Assembly (NCBI GenBank): GCA_963691875.1
Contig: OY829846.1
Location: 4,320,001-4,384,000 of the forward strand
Reading direction: 5' to 3'
Source of the DNA: Aureliella sp.
GTDB lineage: Bacteria; Planctomycetota; Planctomycetia; Pirellulales; Pirellulaceae
DNA length: 64,000 nucleotides
The notes under the pieces are model-generated. The model was not told the DNA's origin. It searched no databases and saw nothing but the letters and a program-made list of their open reading frames with translations. Positions within the stretch are counted from its first letter, which is position 1. Each line of letters starts with the position of its first letter. A program made the position numbers and the translations under genes. Positions 59,312-64,000 of the stretch are shown piece by piece.

Positions 59312-60007
59312 CTAGCTCTCGAGTCTTGTCACGCGTTCGGTCAGTTGTCGAACTTGCGTTTGAAGGTCAGCAATTGTTTGCTTGAGTTGTTCTAGATCCT
59401 CGCCGGAAACACGTGGACTGGAACTTGAGCTCGAGGCGAGACGCCCGCCGCCACCAGCAGCTACATGCTGCTTCACTGCTTCCAGTTCATGCGACTCGTA
59501 GAGATTGTGCGTGTAAATCTGCCCGCGGCCCTCGGCGGTAAGAGCCACAACGAGATTCTTGTCCTCGAGACTCTTCAAGATGGTCTTTAAAGCTGCCAGA
59601 TCGGCAATCGGCTCAAAACGACTAACGCGTGTGCGAAGGTCGCCAACCGTCTGTTCGCCTCGAAGAAGCAATTCTGCCATGACGCCAGCTTCCGCCCCTT
59701 TGACTCCCAAGAAGTCGTAGCCGTAGTGCCGGTACTTGGGAACGCGGCCACCACCGTGGACTTCGGCAACAATACCTTCGCTGCGCATATCGGCCAAGCA
59801 TTCTTCCACTTGATCCGAGTTCAAATTTAGTACCGGAGCTCGATTGCTCTTTTGATTGCAGCCCGTCACCAGACCATTCAGTGAAAGAGGATAAGCGTCG
59901 GGTGTGGTACGAGCTTTTTCCATCAGAACACCCAGGATACGACGCTGCATTTCCCTAAGTGGTTTGACTTCTTTGGGGGCTTCCGATTCAGGCGTGGTTT
60001 CGTTCAT
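59312..60007 (-). CDS. DUF480 (YceH/UPF0502) family protein
   Basis: RILGVLMEKARTTPDAYPLSLN, GCNQKSNR, ELLLRGEQTVGDLR. Confidence 0.92.
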   Translation of the reverse strand: MNETTPESEAPKEVKPLREMQRRILGVLMEKARTTPDAYPLSLNGLVTGCNQKSNRAPVLNLNSDQVEECLADMRSEGIVAEVHGGGRVPKYRHYGYDFLGVKGAEAGVMAELLLRGEQTVGDLRTRVSRFEPIADLAALKTILKSLEDKNLVVALTAEGRGQIYTHNLYESHELEAVKQHVAAGGGGRLASSSSSSPRVSGEDLEQLKQTIADLQTQVRQLTERVTRLES

Positions 60008-60045
60008 GTTGCGCTAGAGTTAGAGAAGTTGGGGACGAGTTGGCG

Positions 60046-60831
60046 TTAAACGTCAGGTCGTCCCTGGATACGAAACATTTGCTCGTGAGGCAACAGCGCT
60101 CCGCCATCAATAGAAATGGTTGAACCGTTGATGTAGTCGCTGTTTGGGTCACATAAGAAAACTGCGGCTCGCGCTATTTCATCAGGTTCCGCCAAGCGTC
60201 CCCAAGGTAGCTCACCGCCCTTTTCGGATAATTCCGTTTCGTGGAAGAATTTGCGTTCGCCGGGAGTGTTGGTCCATCCCGGATGTACGATGTTGACTCG
60301 GATGCGGTGTTCGGCCAATTCGCAGGCAGCCGTACGTGCCATTTGGTCAATTGCTGCCTTGGCCATATTGTAAGCCATCGCACCAGGAATTGCCTTGATA
60401 GCATGAGGTGAACTGACGACGACGACAGAGCCGCCCGTACCTTGCTGGATCATTGCGTTTGCAGCAGCTCGCAAGTAATTGAATGGTCCCCACATGCAAA
60501 CATCGATCGTCTTTTCAAAGCCTTCCATGTTTGCCTTGTAGAACAATTCACGGTCACTGTACGCCGCATTGGTGACCAGGATATCAATCTTGCCTCGGTC
60601 CGCGATCAAGTTCTGAACTGTGGTTTCAGCCAGTTCTCGATCGGTCACATCCGCCACGGCCGCTGAAGCACTGCCACCTGTGGACTCAATTGCAGCTATG
60701 GTCTCCTCGGGCGCTAAAATGTCATTCAAAGCAACATGTGCACCTTCGACAGCGAGGCCACGTGCAATGGCAGCTCCAATGCCGCGAGCTGCGCCAGTGA
60801 CCAAAGCAACTTTTCCATCCAGCTTACCCAT
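60046..60831 (-). CDS. SDR family oxidoreductase
   Basis: TGAARGIG, NAA, YNMAK, VNIVHPG. Confidence 0.93.
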   Translation of the reverse strand: MGKLDGKVALVTGAARGIGAAIARGLAVEGAHVALNDILAPEETIAAIESTGGSASAAVADVTDRELAETTVQNLIADRGKIDILVTNAAYSDRELFYKANMEGFEKTIDVCMWGPFNYLRAAANAMIQQGTGGSVVVVSSPHAIKAIPGAMAYNMAKAAIDQMARTAACELAEHRIRVNIVHPGWTNTPGERKFFHETELSEKGGELPWGRLAEPDEIARAAVFLCDPNSDYINGSTISIDGGALLPHEQMFRIQGRPDV

Positions 60832-60880
60832 TTGCGATTTTTCCTGCCGACGATAGTTTGATTCGAGATGCGTGTGTTTT

Positions 60881-61348
60881 CTAGTTTCGCGAAACGATCA
60901 CGACGCCGAGAATCACGAGTCCAATTCCCAAGACTCGCATTCGGTTGATCTGTTGCTGATCGTAGTCGAGCCAACCGAAGTGATCGAGTACCAGCGAAAG
61001 TGCGATTTGCCCGGTTAGTACCCAGCCGATCCAACGCGTTGCGCCCAGCGTCGGAGCAACAAGGAACGAAACTGTCACCATGTATGTTCCGAGCAACCCA
61101 CCCGTCCAGGCCCACCAAGGAAGTCCGGCGAGGTGCGGCCAGGAAGGTAATCCCACCCGCATGGCTGTCGCTATGGCCAGCAGTGCGATGAATCCGGTGC
61201 CAAAGCTGATGACGCTTGCTTGCAAGGCGTGACTACAGGCTGTTGATAACTTGCGATTCACAGCAGGTTGAAGCGCCATCACGCAGCCTGCCCCCAAAGC
61301 AAGGACGATGAACAGAACTTTAAGTGTGGTGAGCTTGTCCATCGTCAT
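60881..61348 (-). CDS. DMT family transporter (YdcZ/DUF606)
   Basis: LQPAVN, WWAWTGGLLG, GQIALSLVLDHFGW. Confidence 0.9.
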   Translation of the reverse strand: MTMDKLTTLKVLFIVLALGAGCVMALQPAVNRKLSTACSHALQASVISFGTGFIALLAIATAMRVGLPSWPHLAGLPWWAWTGGLLGTYMVTVSFLVAPTLGATRWIGWVLTGQIALSLVLDHFGWLDYDQQQINRMRVLGIGLVILGVVIVSRN

Positions 61349-61403
61349 CCCTTGTTACTGACTGTTCGGGGGGGCCAGGTCGATTGGTTGCCTTGAGCAA
61401 GAA

Positions 61404-63086
61404 CTACTCGTCCGTTACGCAGCCTTCAGAAGCACTCTTCACATTCTTGATATATTTGTAGAGTGTGCCTCGCGTGGCTTTCAGCGGCGGCGCTTGCCAA
61501 GCCGCCTTGCGCTGAGTCAGATCCTCATCGCTAACGTCAACATCCAAACGATTCTCGTCCGCATCGATGGTGACAATGTCTCCATCTTGCACCAGGGCGA
61601 TCGGGCCGCCGACTTGGGCTTCGGGTGTGACGTGACCGACAATGAAGCCGTGTGAGCCGCCTGAGAATCGTCCGTCGGTGAGTAGGGCGACATCACTGCC
61701 AAGGCCAGCTCCCATGATGGCAGAGGTTGGTGTGAGCATTTCCGGCATGCCAGGACCTCCCTGTGGACCTTCGTAGCGAATGATGATTACGTCACCTTTG
61801 CCGATCTTCTTCTCTTCCAAGGCTTTGAGCATGTCCTCTTCACTGTCATAGCACTTCGCTGGACCAGTGAACTTGAGGCCCTCTTTTCCAGTGATCTTTG
61901 CGACGGAACCTTCCGGAGACAGATTGCCACGCAAGATCTGGATGTGGCCCGTTTTCTTGATGGGCTCCTCCACGGGCTGAATAATACTCTGGCCTTCCTT
62001 CAAGCCAGGTAGTGGCTCCAAGTTCTCGCCCAAAGTCTTGCCAGTGACCGTGATACAGTCACCGTTGAGGAAGCCTTTGTCGAGTAGGTACTTCATAGCG
62101 CCGGGAGTACCGCCGATCGAGTGCAAGTCTTCCTGCACGAATTGTCCGCTGGGCTTCAGGTCCGCGATGTACGGCACGCGATCACTAACCGCTTGGAAGT
62201 CATCGATGCCTAGATCGACGCCGACACTTCGAGCCATCGCAATCAGGTGTAAAACTGCGTTCGTGGAACCGCCTAGAGCGATGACGACGACCATGGCATT
62301 CTCGAAGGCTTCACGAGTCATGATGTCTCGCGGCTTTAGATCCTTCTCAAGCAAATTCAGAATCGCGGCGCCAGCTTGCTGACATTCGTCCATCTTTTCG
62401 GTGTTCTCGGCGGGAATAGAAGCACTGAAAGGCAAGCTCATGCCTAGCGCTTCGATTGCTGACGCCATGGTGTTAGCCGTGTACATTCCGCCACAGGCAC
62501 CTGCACCGGGGCAAGATCGGCGAACGATCGCTTCACGCTCTTCGTCGGAGATTTCACCGGATAGAAATTGGCCGTAGGACTGAAAGGCAGAGACGATGTC
62601 CAGCGGCTTGCCAGAGGGACACACTCCAGGTTTGATCGTACCACCGTAGACCATCAGGGCAGGGCGATTCAGACGTCCCATGGCGATCAGGCAGCCAGGC
62701 ATGTTCTTGTCGCAGCCTGGCAAAGTCACCAAGCCGTCATACCACTGGCCGCCCATGATCGTCTCAATGGAATCTGCGATCAGGTCTCGAGACTGCAGCG
62801 AGTAGCTCATGCCCTCGGTGCCCATCGAGATGCCATCGCTGACGCCGATCGTGTTGAATCGCATGCCGACCAAGCCCGCTTCCTCCACGCCTTCTTTAGC
62901 GCGGTCCGCCAGCTTGTTGAGGTGCATGTTGCAGGAATTTCCGTCGTACCAAACACTCCCGATCCCGACTTGGGCTTTATTCATGTCCTCGGGCTGCATT
63001 CCGGTTGCATAAAGCATGGCTTGCGATGCACCTTGACTCTTCGGTTGCGTGATGCGGCTGCTGTATTTGTTCAGTGAATTTGACAT
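61404..63086 (-). CDS. ilvD: Dihydroxy-acid dehydratase
   Basis: [44 protein letters not shown]. Confidence 0.97.
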   Translation of the reverse strand: MSNSLNKYSSRITQPKSQGASQAMLYATGMQPEDMNKAQVGIGSVWYDGNSCNMHLNKLADRAKEGVEEAGLVGMRFNTIGVSDGISMGTEGMSYSLQSRDLIADSIETIMGGQWYDGLVTLPGCDKNMPGCLIAMGRLNRPALMVYGGTIKPGVCPSGKPLDIVSAFQSYGQFLSGEISDEEREAIVRRSCPGAGACGGMYTANTMASAIEALGMSLPFSASIPAENTEKMDECQQAGAAILNLLEKDLKPRDIMTREAFENAMVVVIALGGSTNAVLHLIAMARSVGVDLGIDDFQAVSDRVPYIADLKPSGQFVQEDLHSIGGTPGAMKYLLDKGFLNGDCITVTGKTLGENLEPLPGLKEGQSIIQPVEEPIKKTGHIQILRGNLSPEGSVAKITGKEGLKFTGPAKCYDSEEDMLKALEEKKIGKGDVIIIRYEGPQGGPGMPEMLTPTSAIMGAGLGSDVALLTDGRFSGGSHGFIVGHVTPEAQVGGPIALVQDGDIVTIDADENRLDVDVSDEDLTQRKAAWQAPPLKATRGTLYKYIKNVKSASEGCVTDE

Positions 63087-63191
63087 CGCGTTCAAGTGGG
63101 GGCTTTTTTGTTAAAGTAAGGGCGTACCAAGTCTACTTTTGAGATACTCAGCTGGGTAGGTTGCTTGCCCGATTCGCGTGGAGCTTTGACG

Positions 63192-63854
63192 ATGAAATCT
63201 TGTTTTCAAAACGCAGGCCGCCTTTGTCTTGTAATATTTTTTCTTCTTGGGGCTAGCTCGGCAATTGCACAGGAGCGCAAACTCGAAAAGGGTTTCAAGT
63301 GGCTTTTTGACGGCAAGACGCTCGACGGCTGGGAAGGCGAGGAAGAGTATTTTCGCGTCGAAGATGGCAACATTGTCGCCGGAACACTTAAGGAAAAGAT
63401 TCCGGTCAACCAGTTCCTTTGCACCGAAAAGCAGTATGAGAACTTCGAATTGATTCTCGAAGCTAAGATTCGCGGCGAAGGCAATAATGCGGGGATTCAG
63501 TTTCGCTCCAAGCGAATTCCAAACGACCATGAGGTTAGCGGATATCAGTGTGACATGGGTGTTGCTTGGAAGAGGCCAGTCTGGGGAGCGCTCTATGACG
63601 AATCGCGGCGCCGGAAAATGTTGGCTGAGGGGCCTCCCGAAAAAGTGTCAAAGTGGCTGAAAGACGGTGATTGGAACGAGATGAAGATCCTCGCCAAGGG
63701 GGATCACGTCCAGCTGTTTCTCAATGGTAAGCTCACGGTGGACTACAAAGAGCAAGGCAAGGACATTCCAACGCGCGGCATCATCGGTCTGCAGATTCAC
63801 TCCGGACCTCCAACCGAAGCCTTGTATCGCAAGATTCGTATTCGCGAGCTTTAA
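63192..63854 (+). CDS. DUF1080 family protein (3-keto-disaccharide hydrolase-like)
   Basis: LFDGKTLDGW, NAGIQFRS, GYQCD, DWNEM, IGLQIH, RKIRIREL. Confidence 0.9.
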   Translation: MKSCFQNAGRLCLVIFFLLGASSAIAQERKLEKGFKWLFDGKTLDGWEGEEEYFRVEDGNIVAGTLKEKIPVNQFLCTEKQYENFELILEAKIRGEGNNAGIQFRSKRIPNDHEVSGYQCDMGVAWKRPVWGALYDESRRRKMLAEGPPEKVSKWLKDGDWNEMKILAKGDHVQLFLNGKLTVDYKEQGKDIPTRGIIGLQIHSGPPTEALYRKIRIREL

Positions 63855-63858
63855 TCTT

Positions 63859-63880
63859 GTAGTAGGATTCGCCAGACTCC
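63859..63880 (+). repeat. GTAG-type REP-like element
   Basis: GTAGTAGGATTCGCCAGACTCC matches the 48585-48607 element at 17 of its first 18 nt; a degenerate inverted partner follows at ~63896-63910. Confidence 0.55.
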
Positions 63881-63922
63881 TTGGTTCCAACACGCCAGAA
63901 TTCTGGCAAAGATCTAAATTCA

Positions 63923-64000
63923 ATGCGACCCAAAGACCCATTTGTCTATTTCGACCTTGGCAAAGTCATGGTCGAGTTTGAGCATGCGAAAGCGGTCGAA
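63923..64000 (+). CDS. HAD-family hydrolase, N-terminus only
   Basis: MRPKDPFVYFDLGKVMVEFEHAKAVE resembles HAD motif I (FDLGxV). Confidence 0.6.
   Translation, partial: MRPKDPFVYFDLGKVMVEFEHAKAVE

Noticed and set aside
1..64000. CRISPR arrays, tRNAs, transposases, integrases, phage or defence genes
   Set aside because: None recognised by eye; no regularly spaced direct repeats. Short or divergent elements could be missed without tools.

Overview
About 54% GC (estimated by eye) bacterial chromosomal DNA, very probably from a planctomycete (Pirellulaceae-like). The evidence is two DUF1549/DUF1553 cytochrome-c + DUF1501 gene pairs, DUF1080, a sulfatase, zinc-ribbon membrane proteins and GTAG-type repeats. 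Most genes are housekeeping or catabolic: panB, argH, ilvD, ggt, YhaM, S46 and M13 peptidases, a P450, a PhhA-like hydroxylase, an Aas-ACP fusion, ABC transporter parts and a four-gene sugar-catabolic locus. I see no rRNA, tRNA, CRISPR array or intact mobile element. Two patches of gene decay are not resolved by the ORF track. At 23.8-26.2 kb lie a frameshifted beta-propeller gene, an internally deleted methyltransferase and a PEP-CTERM gene broken by an 11-bp duplication. At 31.3-32.2 kb lies a nucleotidyltransferase-like pseudogene. The most unusual object is an intact, highly structured ~230-nt minus-strand unit at 25351-25580. It has a perfect 14-nt complement to the 16S rRNA 3' end, a 13-codon ORF, internal anti-SD segments and an intrinsic terminator. 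All family calls come from motif recognition, not database searches.
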